A DNA stretch of 64,000 bases, taken from assembly GCA_963842085.1 (NCBI GenBank), contig CAWJET010000002.1, forward strand, positions 672,001-736,000. Reading direction: 5' to 3'. Position 1 is the stretch's first letter, and each line of letters begins with the position of its first letter. The translations under genes and the position numbers were made by a program. This stretch comes from an uncultured delta proteobacterium. Lineage in GTDB: Bacteria > Desulfobacterota > Binatia > Binatales > Binataceae. Positions 46,987 through 56,588 of the stretch are shown here, one piece after another. Under the pieces are notes generated by a model. The model did no database searches and was not told the origin of the DNA. It worked only from the letters and a program-made list of their open reading frames with translations.

Positions 46987-49900
46987 CTAGCTCGAACGGC
47001 GCGACGCGCGCGCGGGCGCCGGCCCATGCAGTCCGTCGTACACCAGCGAACGTCCATCGGAATGGAATCGCATCGCGGCCAGGATTCCGACGCGCGGCGA
47101 TTCGAGCGCCGGCACACCGTCGATCGAATCGATCGTGATACGCGGCTTCAGGACGAGCAGAGCAGCGATCGCCGCGCTGAAACTTTCGTCATCGACTTCG
47201 CCATCGCCGGCCGTGACCATCGCTCGCGCCTGCAATCCCGCAATCACGCGGCCGGCGCGAATCACGACCACGTTGGCGGCCTCACGCGCGACTCCGCATC
47301 CGGGAATCACGACGCCGTACGGATTGGCGGGATCGATCGCGCTCAGCGCAACCGGTTTTTCCCGGGCCGGAATGAGATTCCGCGCCGCGCGCAGCATCTC
47401 GACTGCCTCCGGCAGCGCATACTGCTCGCCCGAAAGCGATCGCGCGAACCATCCGCGCCGAATGGTGCCGCCATATTCCAGCCGCCGCAGCTCGAACACA
47501 ATTTCGTTCCACGAGATATGCGTCGATTCTACTGCGAGCATCTCGCGCGCGAGAATTCCGTGACGCTCGAGCAACTTGAGTGCAAGCTCGCGCGCGCCGT
47601 CAGCACCCTCAGCGCTCCTCTCACCCTCGCGTATCAACGACCAGCGGCCTGCCAGGCTCGACTTCAGCCGCGCGCGAACCGCAGCGTCGTGACGCGTTGT
47701 CGGGCGGCGCGCGACCGACTCGAGCGCGCGCTCGGCTGCGCGATCGTCGGCAAACATCCTGAGCGGCGCGAAGTTGTCGTTGCTAACGCGTCCGGCCGCC
47801 GCCATTCGCCACAGCGCGGACAGTGCGTCGCGCTCGGAGACATTCGCGCGCTCCGCCACCTCATCCAAATACTGCGCGCCGGCGGCTCCCAGAGCCTCCA
47901 GCACCGCCCGCTCCTTCGCATCTTCTGGAGCCGTTTCTTCGCGTGGCACAAACAGCGCGGCCTTCCGCGCGATGAACGTAACCCGCGACGGCGTGCTCGC
48001 CGGATGCGCACCATCGACGCTCTCGCCCGCAACGGCCACCCACTTCATCTGCCCGCTCATGCAGACCAGGTCGAGCATCTCGGGCCGATAGCCCGCGATT
48101 CGCGCCGGCAGAAAAGCGTGCTCCCAAATCTCCGGCGTCGCCGCGATTCCTGAAAGCTGCTCGAGCACCGCCGCAACCCCGCTCTGATCTGCCGCCAGCT
48201 CGGCCCCGCCGACGTGCATCCAGCGCAGCCTGAACGCCGCGTACTCGTGATCCGCGCACGGCTCGATTTCAGCCCGCACGCGCGCCAGCGTCATCCGATG
48301 AATCCGCTCGAGGTTGTAGCGGTCGCACCACTGGATCGTATCGGCCTGGGTAAAGTGACCGCGAAAAATCGCGCCATCCCCTTCCAGCGCCGCAAGACTC
48401 TGGTCGATGTCCGATTGCTTGATCTGAAGCCGCGCCGCGACTTCACCGGCGGTCGTCGGTCCGCAAGTCTTCAGCGCACGGCGTACGAGCTCCGTGCGGG
48501 CCGCGTCGCGATCGGTCGATGCGCCGGCATACGCGGCGGCGAAAAGCGCTTTGTCCTCGCTGGCAACAATTCTCTCCAGTGATTCACCGCTCAAACTGAC
48601 GCGCGAGAGTCTCCCCTCCGCGTCCAGCTCCGCAAGCATCGCGCGAGCGCCTTCGCCCGCGCGTTCATCGATTTCGGCCGGCGTCAGCGAGCCGTGCGAC
48701 CGAATCAATTCGTACAATTCGTCGCGCGAGCGTGGCCTGCGTCCGGCCGCAAGACCCGTCACTTCCGCGACGACGCTATCGACCGCGTCAGCCGAGAGCA
48801 GGTCCGACAGATCTTCCTTGCGGAACACGTCCTCGGCCATGCCGCGATTCATCGTGACGGTTCGCGAGCGGCGATTGGCGCGTTCGCCGTCGTCGAGGAA
48901 TGAATAGTCCCACGCAAGCAACAGGCGATGGGCAAACACGGACGGCGCGATCCCGTCGACGGCGACGATGCGAATCGCACCGCTCTCGATACCTTCGAGC
49001 ATCCGCACTGTGCGCGGCAGGTCGGTGGACTCCTCCAGGCATTCGCGAATCGTCTCGTCGATCACGAAGTGGTCGGGAAGTTCGATCGCGCCCGGGCGGT
49101 TCTCGAAGCACGCCTGCTGGCCGGGAAAAATCGCCGACAGCAGTTCTTGCGAGCGCAGGCGCTGAATCCAGGCGGGGACTTTCTTGCCGCGCGACGAGCG
49201 CATCACGGCGAGCGCGCGCGTGGCGACGTGGCGGAAGCGCACTTCAAACATCGGAGCCGCGAGGATCGCCTGGACTAGAACGTCGCGGGCGTTGCGCGCC
49301 TTGAGCATGCTGAACAGCGTGTCGAGCGCAAAACTGTGGCGCGAATTCAGCGCCAGCAGCACACCGTCATCGATCGCCTGCGCCTGGATCTCGAAATCGA
49401 ACGACTGGCAAAGGCGCTTTCGGATCGCCAGACCGAGTCCGCGATTGAGGCGGATTCCGAATGGCGTGTGGATGACGATCTGCGTGCCGCCCAAGCCGTC
49501 GAAGAAGCGCTCGACGACGACGGTCTTGTCGTCGGGAATCGCGCCGAGCGCCTCGACGCCGCGGCGGACGTAGTCGGCGGCCTGCGTGGCGGCGCGCTCC
49601 GACATCGAGCATTCGCTCATCAGCCAGTCGGTCGCCGATTCGTTGCGTTCGATGCGGCTCCAAATCTCGCGGCGAAGATCGCAAATCTCCGCCGACAGCG
49701 CCGGCGAGCGGCCGCCCGCCTCGGTCTGCCAGAACGGCAGCGTCGGCGCCATCCCAGGCGCCGGCTCGACCATCAGGCGCCCGCGCGAAATGCGCTGAAT
49801 CTGCCAGGGCATCGAGCCGAGCGAGAACACGTCGCCGCGCGACGACTCCTGCGCGAAGTCCTCTTCGACGTCGCCGATCTTGCGCCCCTCGGACTCGATC

Positions 49901-51468
49901 ACGACGTCGTAGTTGCCGGCTTCGGGAATCGTTCCGCCCGAGGTGATGGCCGCCAGGCGCGCGGAGCGGCGCGGGCGGATTCGGGCGTTGACGCGGTCGA
50001 AGAAGATTTTCGGCGCCGCGCCCATGATTCGCTCGGGCAACTCGGCGGCCAGCTGTTCGAGCAGATGGCGCAGCCTGGCGGCGTCGAGATCACCGAAGTT
50101 GTACGCGCTGCGGAGCACGCGCAGCAACTCGGCTTCGGAGATTTCCTCTTCCTCGGCGGCGATTGCGACGATTTGCTGCGCCGCGACGTCGGCGCATCCC
50201 ATCGGGATTTCAACTTCGTCGAGATGCCCGCGGCGAATCGCGCGCACCGCGGCGCCGCATTCGAGCAGATCGTCGGTGGTCAGCGCGGAGAAGCGGCCCT
50301 TGGGAGTCGCGCCGAGGCTGTGCCCCGAGCGGCCGATGCGCTGAATCGCGGCGGAGATGGATTTGGGCGTATCGAGCTGGCATACGAGTTCGACCGCGCC
50401 AACGTCGATGCCGAGTTCGAGCGACGCGGTCGCGACAATCGCCTTCAACTCGCCGCGCTTCAGGCGTTGCTCGGCGAGTAATCGCTCGGCCCGCGCGAGG
50501 CTGCCATGATGCGCCATCACGGCGTCGGCGCCGAGCCGTTTCTGCAGATTGAGCGCGACTCGCTCCGCGTGCCGGCGGCTCAGCGTAAAAACCAGCGTCG
50601 TGCGGTGCTCGCCGATGAGGCGCGCGACTTCGTCGTACATCGCCTCCCAATGCGGATGCGTGGCCAGCGGTCCCAGCTCCGGACCGGGCGCTATGACCTG
50701 CAGATCCATCTCGCGGACGCGATCGTCGGCGCGCACTATTTTAATCGGACGCGGCGAGCGCGAGTTGTCGCGCGTCACGTCGTAGCCGGCCAGGAATCCC
50801 GCGAGCTTTTCAATTGGATTCAACGTCGCCGACAGACCGATTCGATTCGGCCGCCGCTGGCCGCGGCTCGTCACAAAGCGTTCGAGGCGCTCCAGCGTCA
50901 GCGCGAGATGCGCGCCGCGCTTGTTGCCCGCGAGCGCGTGGAGCTCATCGACGATCACGTGGCGGACGGCGGCGAGCTTCTCGCGGAACTTCGGCGAGGT
51001 CAGCAGGATGAACAGCGACTCGGGCGTGGTGACGAGAATGTGCGGCGGCCGGCGGAGCATCGCAGTGCGCTCGCTCGCGGACGTGTCGCCGGTGCGAAGG
51101 CCGGCGCGGATGCGCGAAAGATCGAGCCCGGATTCGGCGCCGACGTCGCGCACGCCGTGGAGCGGCTCCTCGAGATTGAGCCGGATGTCGTTGGCCAGCG
51201 CCTTGAGCGGAGACACGTACAGCACCGAGACTTCATCGCGGAGAGCGTCGCGCGCCGCGTCAAGCACGAGGCCGTTGATTGCCCACATGAACGCTGCGAG
51301 CGTCTTGCCGCTGCCGGTCGGCGCGCAGAGCAGAACGTCGAAGCCGGGTGCCTGGTTGGCGGCGCCTATAACGGGCCAGCCAAGCTCCTGCGCGCGCGAA
51401 GGCAGACCAAAGCGCCGCTCGAACCAGGCGCGAACCGCAGGATTGAAGTCGTCGAGCGCTGTGGGCAT
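46987..51468 (-). CDS. lhr: Lhr family helicase, long form with C-terminal extension
   Basis: APTGSGKT, SPLKAL.ND, TTPESL, DELH, LSAT, QRIGRSGH, GGTIP, DPANPYG. Confidence 0.93.
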   Translation of the reverse strand: MPTALDDFNPAVRAWFERRFGLPSRAQELGWPVIGAANQAPGFDVLLCAPTGSGKTLAAFMWAINGLVLDAARDALRDEVSVLYVSPLKALANDIRLNLEEPLHGVRDVGAESGLDLSRIRAGLRTGDTSASERTAMLRRPPHILVTTPESLFILLTSPKFREKLAAVRHVIVDELHALAGNKRGAHLALTLERLERFVTSRGQRRPNRIGLSATLNPIEKLAGFLAGYDVTRDNSRSPRPIKIVRADDRVREMDLQVIAPGPELGPLATHPHWEAMYDEVARLIGEHRTTLVFTLSRRHAERVALNLQKRLGADAVMAHHGSLARAERLLAEQRLKRGELKAIVATASLELGIDVGAVELVCQLDTPKSISAAIQRIGRSGHSLGATPKGRFSALTTDDLLECGAAVRAIRRGHLDEVEIPMGCADVAAQQIVAIAAEEEEISEAELLRVLRSAYNFGDLDAARLRHLLEQLAAELPERIMGAAPKIFFDRVNARIRPRRSARLAAITSGGTIPEAGNYDVVIESEGRKIGDVEEDFAQESSRGDVFSLGSMPWQIQRISRGRLMVEPAPGMAPTLPFWQTEAGGRSPALSAEICDLRREIWSRIERNESATDWLMSECSMSERAATQAADYVRRGVEALGAIPDDKTVVVERFFDGLGGTQIVIHTPFGIRLNRGLGLAIRKRLCQSFDFEIQAQAIDDGVLLALNSRHSFALDTLFSMLKARNARDVLVQAILAAPMFEVRFRHVATRALAVMRSSRGKKVPAWIQRLRSQELLSAIFPGQQACFENRPGAIELPDHFVIDETIRECLEESTDLPRTVRMLEGIESGAIRIVAVDGIAPSVFAHRLLLAWDYSFLDDGERANRRSRTVTMNRGMAEDVFRKEDLSDLLSADAVDSVVAEVTGLAAGRRPRSRDELYELIRSHGSLTPAEIDERAGEGARAMLAELDAEGRLSRVSLSGESLERIVASEDKALFAAAYAGASTDRDAARTELVRRALKTCGPTTAGEVAARLQIKQSDIDQSLAALEGDGAIFRGHFTQADTIQWCDRYNLERIHRMTLARVRAEIEPCADHEYAAFRLRWMHVGGAELAADQSGVAAVLEQLSGIAATPEIWEHAFLPARIAGYRPEMLDLVCMSGQMKWVAVAGESVDGAHPASTPSRVTFIARKAALFVPREETAPEDAKERAVLEALGAAGAQYLDEVAERANVSERDALSALWRMAAAGRVSNDNFAPLRMFADDRAAERALESVARRPTTRHDAAVRARLKSSLAGRWSLIREGERSAEGADGARELALKLLERHGILAREMLAVESTHISWNEIVFELRRLEYGGTIRRGWFARSLSGEQYALPEAVEMLRAARNLIPAREKPVALSAIDPANPYGVVIPGCGVAREAANVVVIRAGRVIAGLQARAMVTAGDGEVDDESFSAAIAALLVLKPRITIDSIDGVPALESPRVGILAAMRFHSDGRSLVYDGLHGPAPARASRRSS

Positions 51469-51555
51469 GAGGAGAGAGTGTATCACCGGCGCGCAATTGG
51501 AAAGAACTTCAATTGCATGCGAAACGGCGAAACCGGCATCATCGATGCTTCGTAA

Positions 51556-51631
51556 TTGCGCGAGCGCGAATCCAGGCCTGGAGCATCCGGGATTAGTCCC
51601 GCGACCTGCTCCGGCCTCGCGTCTCGCGCAA
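51556..51631. other. Long imperfect inverted repeat (predicted five-segment hairpin)
   Basis: TTGCGCGAG/CTCGCGCAA, CGCG/CGCG, AGGCC/GGCCT, GGAGCA/TGCTCC, CGGGA/TCCCG with loop TTAG. Confidence 0.7.
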
Positions 51632-51695
51632 AATTTTTCGCTTCCGATTTTTTCAAGGTTGCGCGAAACAATATCTCGGTGAGATCGTAGCGGGC

Positions 51696-52211
51696 ATGGC
51701 GAAACGTGCCACGCCAAAAGCGAGCCGGCCCTACATGCCCGGCTACGGAATCCTCGACGCGGGCGGCGGCCGCGGGCTGTTGCCGTGGGACTGGGCCGTC
51801 GAGCGACTGAGCAGGGCGCGCAATTACTGGGTAGCGACCACCTGCCCCGACGGCCGGCCGCATTGCGTGCCGGTGTGGGGCATCTGGCTCGACGACGCGT
51901 TCTGCTTCAGCAGCGGCGCGAAGTCGCGCAAGGCGCGCAACCTGGCGGCGAACCCACATTGCGTCATTTGCCCCGAAGACGGCGTCCAGGCGGTCTCACT
52001 CGAAGGCGTCGCCGAGAAGATTACCGATGCAGAGACGATCCGCCGCTTCGTCGAGGCCTACAATCCCAAGTACCAGTGGAACTTAAAGCCCGAGACGGTG
52101 CTCGACCTGGGGCCCATTTTCGCCGTGCGGCCGCGCAAGGTGATCGCCGTTGACGCGACGCCCGGCGAATTTCAGGGCAGCGCGACGCGATGGCAGTTCG
52201 GGCAGAGGTGA
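51696..52211 (+). CDS. Pyridoxamine 5'-phosphate oxidase-like (flavin/F420) split-barrel protein
   Basis: LLPWDW..RL..ARNYWVAT..DGRPH.VPVW..SRKARNL..NP. Confidence 0.85.
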   Translation: MAKRATPKASRPYMPGYGILDAGGGRGLLPWDWAVERLSRARNYWVATTCPDGRPHCVPVWGIWLDDAFCFSSGAKSRKARNLAANPHCVICPEDGVQAVSLEGVAEKITDAETIRRFVEAYNPKYQWNLKPETVLDLGPIFAVRPRKVIAVDATPGEFQGSATRWQFGQR

Positions 52212-52304
52212 CCCCTGCACTCAATGTTAAAGCGATGGCGCCGTCGCGGGATGCAGGATTGCGTCGCTGTCAGGGAGCTGGGAGGAGATCCTCACGCGAC
52301 TGCC

Positions 52305-52790
52305 TCACGAGCCGTGGGAGCGGACCGGACGACGCTCGCGCGCGCCGCCCGTATTTCGCAAGCTCGACAGCGGGCGATGGCGGCGCATCTGATAGCGCCG
52401 TGAGGGCAGATCAGCAATTGTGAGAATCCGCAGGCGTGCGAGCAGGACGCGCGGCTCGATGCCAAGCGCGGCGCAAAGATTCTCAAAGCTGAAAATATCC
52501 CCGCGCCGTGCGCCAGCCATGGCCCCGGCTTCGAACCAGTTTCTGACCTCGACAAAGTCGCGGCGGCGTTCCCCGTCCTTCGCCTTCACGTTTCGCAGGT
52601 AGCATCGAATCGCGTCTTCCAAAACGGCCAGCAGAAGTTTCAGTTCGCCCTCGATGACATGATTGCGTCTGACCAGGTCGACATACTGCCCTGGCAGCAG
52701 CAGTCCGGCATCGATTCCTTTTTCGTGAGGAACGGGGCCGCCGCCGTTGGGAGTTTCGAGAGTCTTTTGGTCCGAAGTTTCGTTTAACAT
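52305..52790 (-). CDS. Conserved hypothetical helical protein
   Basis: LLPGQY..ELKLLLAVLEDAI..WF..FSFENLC.ALG pattern. Confidence 0.7.
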   Translation of the reverse strand: MLNETSDQKTLETPNGGGPVPHEKGIDAGLLLPGQYVDLVRRNHVIEGELKLLLAVLEDAIRCYLRNVKAKDGERRRDFVEVRNWFEAGAMAGARRGDIFSFENLCAALGIEPRVLLARLRILTIADLPSRRYQMRRHRPLSSLRNTGGARERRPVRSHGS

Positions 52791-52908
52791 CGCATCTACC
52801 CGGGCTAAAGAAGCGCGCGATCGCGCCAGCGCGAGGCTAAAGTTCACGCGATGACGAAACTACCAGACCAGTGTTTCGGCAATATGAATTCGGACGCCGC
52901 GAGAACAG

Positions 52909-53694
52909 CTACGACGTGAAATGAATGACGCCCAGGATTATTTCGAGCAAAATCAACAGCACGACGATGACCTCGAGCAAGACCAGGCGGCGATCTCGCG
53001 CTACGTCGAGCACCAGCACCAGCGAGTCCTGGATGCTCTGCAATTTGCTGGTCAGGGCGGCATACCGGTCGACGAGATCGAATTCGTCGCGCAGATCATC
53101 GTAAATGCGATCCATCGCGGGGTCTTCCCACGCAGCGTCGGGCTTGTCGAGCAGGTGCAGCACGGCAAGAACTTCAGTGCGCGACGAAATCGCCTCGCCG
53201 ATGAAGCGATGCAAGGGAGTCACGCGATAGGGCACGGTGCCGCGCGACGCCATCCGATCGACCAACTGCGCGGTCCGCGCGAACAGGCTGTCCACGATGC
53301 GCTCGTAGTATTCCATCGCCGCGCTCTGAGCGACCGTCAGCGCAACGATTCCCGCGCGCTGGGGAGTGAGCTTGTCAACCCGCAGCATTCCGGCGGTAAT
53401 ACCGATCTGCGCGGCGGGATCCTCCAGCACGGAGTAATCCTCGCGGATAATCCGGGTAGTAAGTTTGGGCAGGACCTGGGTGAGGCGCGCGAATATGCGT
53501 TCGCGATGCTCGACCGGAACATCGTGCGAGACGATTGCGCCAAAGGGGAAGATGTAGAGGCCGCCGTCGGGCTCGATTGGCACGAACATCTCAAGCGGCG
53601 ATGTTCTTGCCTCGGGAAAGGCGGGGGCTATCTGGCGGAGCGAAAAGTTCTCCTCGAACGCGACCGCGTAGAATTGGTGAGTCCGGCTCGGCAT
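52909..53694 (-). CDS. RMD1/DUF155 family protein
   Basis: FPFGAIV, AQSAAMEYYE, LLDKPD..W, EFDLVDR, C-terminal TM LEVIVVLLILLEI. Confidence 0.85.
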   Translation of the reverse strand: MPSRTHQFYAVAFEENFSLRQIAPAFPEARTSPLEMFVPIEPDGGLYIFPFGAIVSHDVPVEHRERIFARLTQVLPKLTTRIIREDYSVLEDPAAQIGITAGMLRVDKLTPQRAGIVALTVAQSAAMEYYERIVDSLFARTAQLVDRMASRGTVPYRVTPLHRFIGEAISSRTEVLAVLHLLDKPDAAWEDPAMDRIYDDLRDEFDLVDRYAALTSKLQSIQDSLVLVLDVARDRRLVLLEVIVVLLILLEIILGVIHFTS

Positions 53695-53856
53695 TCATTC
53701 ACCCAATTGCCAATAGTCCCAGTACAATGCATGCAATGAAAGCGGTTGCGAATGGCGCAACGCCAGTCAATAGCGCGGGAAATTACTCGTATGTGGTATA
53801 TGGAATAGCTCCGCGGACGCAGAAAGATGCGACGCGCAGAATTGCCGGAGGACACA

Positions 53857-54597
53857 ATGATCGAGGAAGCAGTCGAGATTCGCACGGCCGACGGGACGGC
53901 CGACGGTTTTCTGTATCGGGCCGATGGCGGGCGCCGCTTCCCGGGCGTCATTCATTTGACCGACATCGGCGGCATCCGCCCCTCGCATCGCGAGATGGCA
54001 AAGCGGTTGGCCGAGAAAGGCTACACCGTGCTGATGCCCAACGTGTTTTATCGCACGACCAAGCCGCCGGTTATCGACGTCAAGATAGGCGTGGGAGATG
54101 AACGCACGATGAAGCGGTTCGCCGAGCTGCGGGCGCCGATGACTCCTGAAGCCGTCGAGCGCGACGGCAAAGCTTACGTCAATTTTCTGGCGGCTCATGA
54201 TGCGGCGAGCGCGGGCTCGATCGGGGTCGTCGGCTACTGCTTCACCGGCGCGATGGCGATGCGCACGGCGGCCGCCATGCCCGACAAAGTTGCCGCGGTT
54301 GCCTCATTTCACGGCGGCGGTCTTTACACCGATGAGCCGACGAGCCCGCATCTGGTCCTGCCGCGCATCAAGGCTCGGCTCTATTTCGGACACGCGACCA
54401 ACGATCGCAGCATGCCGCCGGAGGCGATCGAGAAGTTCGATCGCGCGCTCGCCGCGTGGGGCGGGAAATACGAAAGCGAAGTGTACGAAGGCGCGTTTCA
54501 CGGCTGGACCGTACCAGACGCTCCGATTTACAATCAGCCTCAAGCCGACCGCGCGTTCGACAAGCTGGCGGAGCTGTTCGCGAGCACGCTGAAGTAG
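53857..54597 (+). CDS. Dienelactone hydrolase family protein
   Basis: GYCFTG nucleophile, SFHGG, HGW; GGAGGA ribosome-binding site. Confidence 0.92.
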   Translation: MIEEAVEIRTADGTADGFLYRADGGRRFPGVIHLTDIGGIRPSHREMAKRLAEKGYTVLMPNVFYRTTKPPVIDVKIGVGDERTMKRFAELRAPMTPEAVERDGKAYVNFLAAHDAASAGSIGVVGYCFTGAMAMRTAAAMPDKVAAVASFHGGGLYTDEPTSPHLVLPRIKARLYFGHATNDRSMPPEAIEKFDRALAAWGGKYESEVYEGAFHGWTVPDAPIYNQPQADRAFDKLAELFASTLK

Positions 54598-54617
54598 CCG
54601 CCTGAAGCGGGCACCCG

Positions 54618-55395
54618 CTACCGGACGGCGTTCGCCCGAGCTAGCGTCAGCACACCGACGATCAGCAGAACGACGCTGAAGTACAGGCGCGCGTGGCGCT
54701 CCGAAGGAAGCATCTGCGCCAGGCGCGGGCCGATTTGCCCGCCGACGACGACCCCGGGCAACACCCAGGTTGCGATCGTGACTATCTGCGACGAGTCGCG
54801 GCGCAGCGCCGAGATGAGCGACGGGCGCATTCGGCCGATGGTCGCGGCAAGACTGGTAAAAAAAATAATCATGACCAGAGATCCGATTGCCGCGCCCGGT
54901 GAGCGACTCGATCGAAGACGCAGCACGGATGGCATCGCAATGATTCCGATTCCGATCGAGATGAGCCCGGTGAGCGCGCCGCCCAGCAGCGCGATTGAAA
55001 CAGGGACCCGGTCATGACGATCGCGATCGCTGCGCATGCCGAGCCAGGAACAGCGGCGTCGCCGCCGACGCTGCAGCCGCGACTACCCACTGCAGGTTGC
55101 GACGCGCGTCCTGTCGATCGAGTGCGGATTCGCCCGCGCCAACGCTGTTCGACTCGGCGACCGCCGTGTAGCCGGCAGCCGCGACCTTCGCCTCGATTTC
55201 ACCGGCGGCAAGTTTGTCGCTGACGCGCGCGGTGAGCGTCTCGGCGGCGAAGTTCACGTGGGCGGCGATGACGCCGGGAATCGGCGCGACGGCTTTTTCG
55301 ATCGTGTCGGCGCAATTCGCGCAGTGCATGCCGCGAATTCGGAAACGCTCGATCTTTTCGTCGGCCCGGCTTTCGAGATTTTGTTGCGCGTCCAT
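54618..55395 (-). pseudogene. HMA domain + TauE/SafE-like membrane half, split by an apparent +1 frameshift near 55047
   Basis: 55012-55395 carries GMHCANC; 54618-55037 carries GGALTGLISIGIG..GVVVGGQIGPR; removing one base joins them into 258 aa. Confidence 0.55.
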
Positions 55396-55419
55396 CGGCG
55401 GGCGCAGGCCGGGACTCAG

Positions 55420-56022
55420 CTAGAGCGAGGCCTTGATTGGCCGGCCGGAAATGACCTCGTCAATCAGTCCGTACTCGACTGCCTGCGCGGCGGACATGAA
55501 GTTGTCGCGGTCAGTATCCTTCTCGATCTTCTTCGCATTTTGGCCGGTATGATGAGCGAGAATGTCGTTCAGGATTTCGCGCAGACGCAACGCCTCGCGT
55601 GCGTGAATCTCGATATCGCTCGCCTGTCCCTCGAACCCGCCGGAGACCTGGTGAATAAGTATCCGCGAGTGCGGCAGCGCATAGCGCCTGCCCTTGGCTC
55701 CTGCGGCCAACAGCAGCGACCCCATGCTGGCGGCCTGCCCGACGCAGAGCGTCGAGACCGGAGGCTTCACGAATTGCATCGTGTCGTAGATGGCCAGGCC
55801 GGCGGTGACCGAACCGCCCGGCGAGTTGATGTACATATTGATTTCGCGCTCCGGATCCTCGGATTCGAGGAACAGCAGTTGCGCGGTGATCAGGTTTGCG
55901 ACATCGTCGGTGACGGTGCCGCCCAGGAACACGATCCGATCCTTGAGCAAGCGCGAATAGATGTCGTAAGAACGCTCGCCGCGGCCGGTCTGCTCGACTA
56001 CATATGGTACCAGTACACTCAT
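55420..56022 (-). CDS. clpP: ATP-dependent Clp protease proteolytic subunit
   Basis: DIYSRLL, YINSPGG, AASMG, IHQ, DRDNF. Confidence 0.97.
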   Translation of the reverse strand: MSVLVPYVVEQTGRGERSYDIYSRLLKDRIVFLGGTVTDDVANLITAQLLFLESEDPEREINMYINSPGGSVTAGLAIYDTMQFVKPPVSTLCVGQAASMGSLLLAAGAKGRRYALPHSRILIHQVSGGFEGQASDIEIHAREALRLREILNDILAHHTGQNAKKIEKDTDRDNFMSAAQAVEYGLIDEVISGRPIKASL

Positions 56023-56042
56023 GCTACAAAGGTACTATTTGG

Positions 56043-56573
56043 ATGAGTAACTGGGAAGTGGGGCACGGGATTCGAAGGCGAGTCCTGATGACGGCGTTGG
56101 CAATGTTGCCGGCGTTGATCGTCGTCGCGAGCGCTGCGGCGGCGCCGCCGATGGACAAGCACTTCTACCTGCCGGATGCGGCCGCGTCGAAGATCGTTTC
56201 CGTCACGAAAGAGGGCACGCCAGAGGCCGAGGTGATCGTTCTGACGCAGGCGGTCGCAATCAAGGAGACAGGGCCCAAGGAGACGGTCGCCAAATTCGGC
56301 GAGGTTTACGCGTTCTCGCCGACCTTCATTGCGGTCCGCCGCGATGTCCCGACGATGCTTACGTTTTGGAATCTGCAGCCCGACGACGAACACGACTTCA
56401 TGCTCGCCGCTCCGGATTCAACTATCCTGATGCATTTGAAGCTGCAGCCGCTTACGAAAACGTCGTACGTATTCACGTTTCACAAGGACGGAATCTTCAA
56501 CTTCTACTGCGCGGTGCATCAGCCCGAGATGAACGGGCAAATCCTGGTGCTGCCACCCGACAGTGCGAAGTGA
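56043..56573 (+). CDS. Exported cupredoxin (type-1 copper) protein; start may be 56088
   Basis: FSP..I.V, EHDF, FYCAVHQPEM ligand loop; signal peptide. Confidence 0.8.
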   Translation: MSNWEVGHGIRRRVLMTALAMLPALIVVASAAAAPPMDKHFYLPDAAASKIVSVTKEGTPEAEVIVLTQAVAIKETGPKETVAKFGEVYAFSPTFIAVRRDVPTMLTFWNLQPDDEHDFMLAAPDSTILMHLKLQPLTKTSYVFTFHKDGIFNFYCAVHQPEMNGQILVLPPDSAK

Positions 56574-56588
56574 CCGGGCGTTGCAGGG

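Noticed and set aside
46987-51468. Lhr as an anti-phage defence system
   Set aside because: Ordinary long-form Lhr repair helicase with no defence partners nearby
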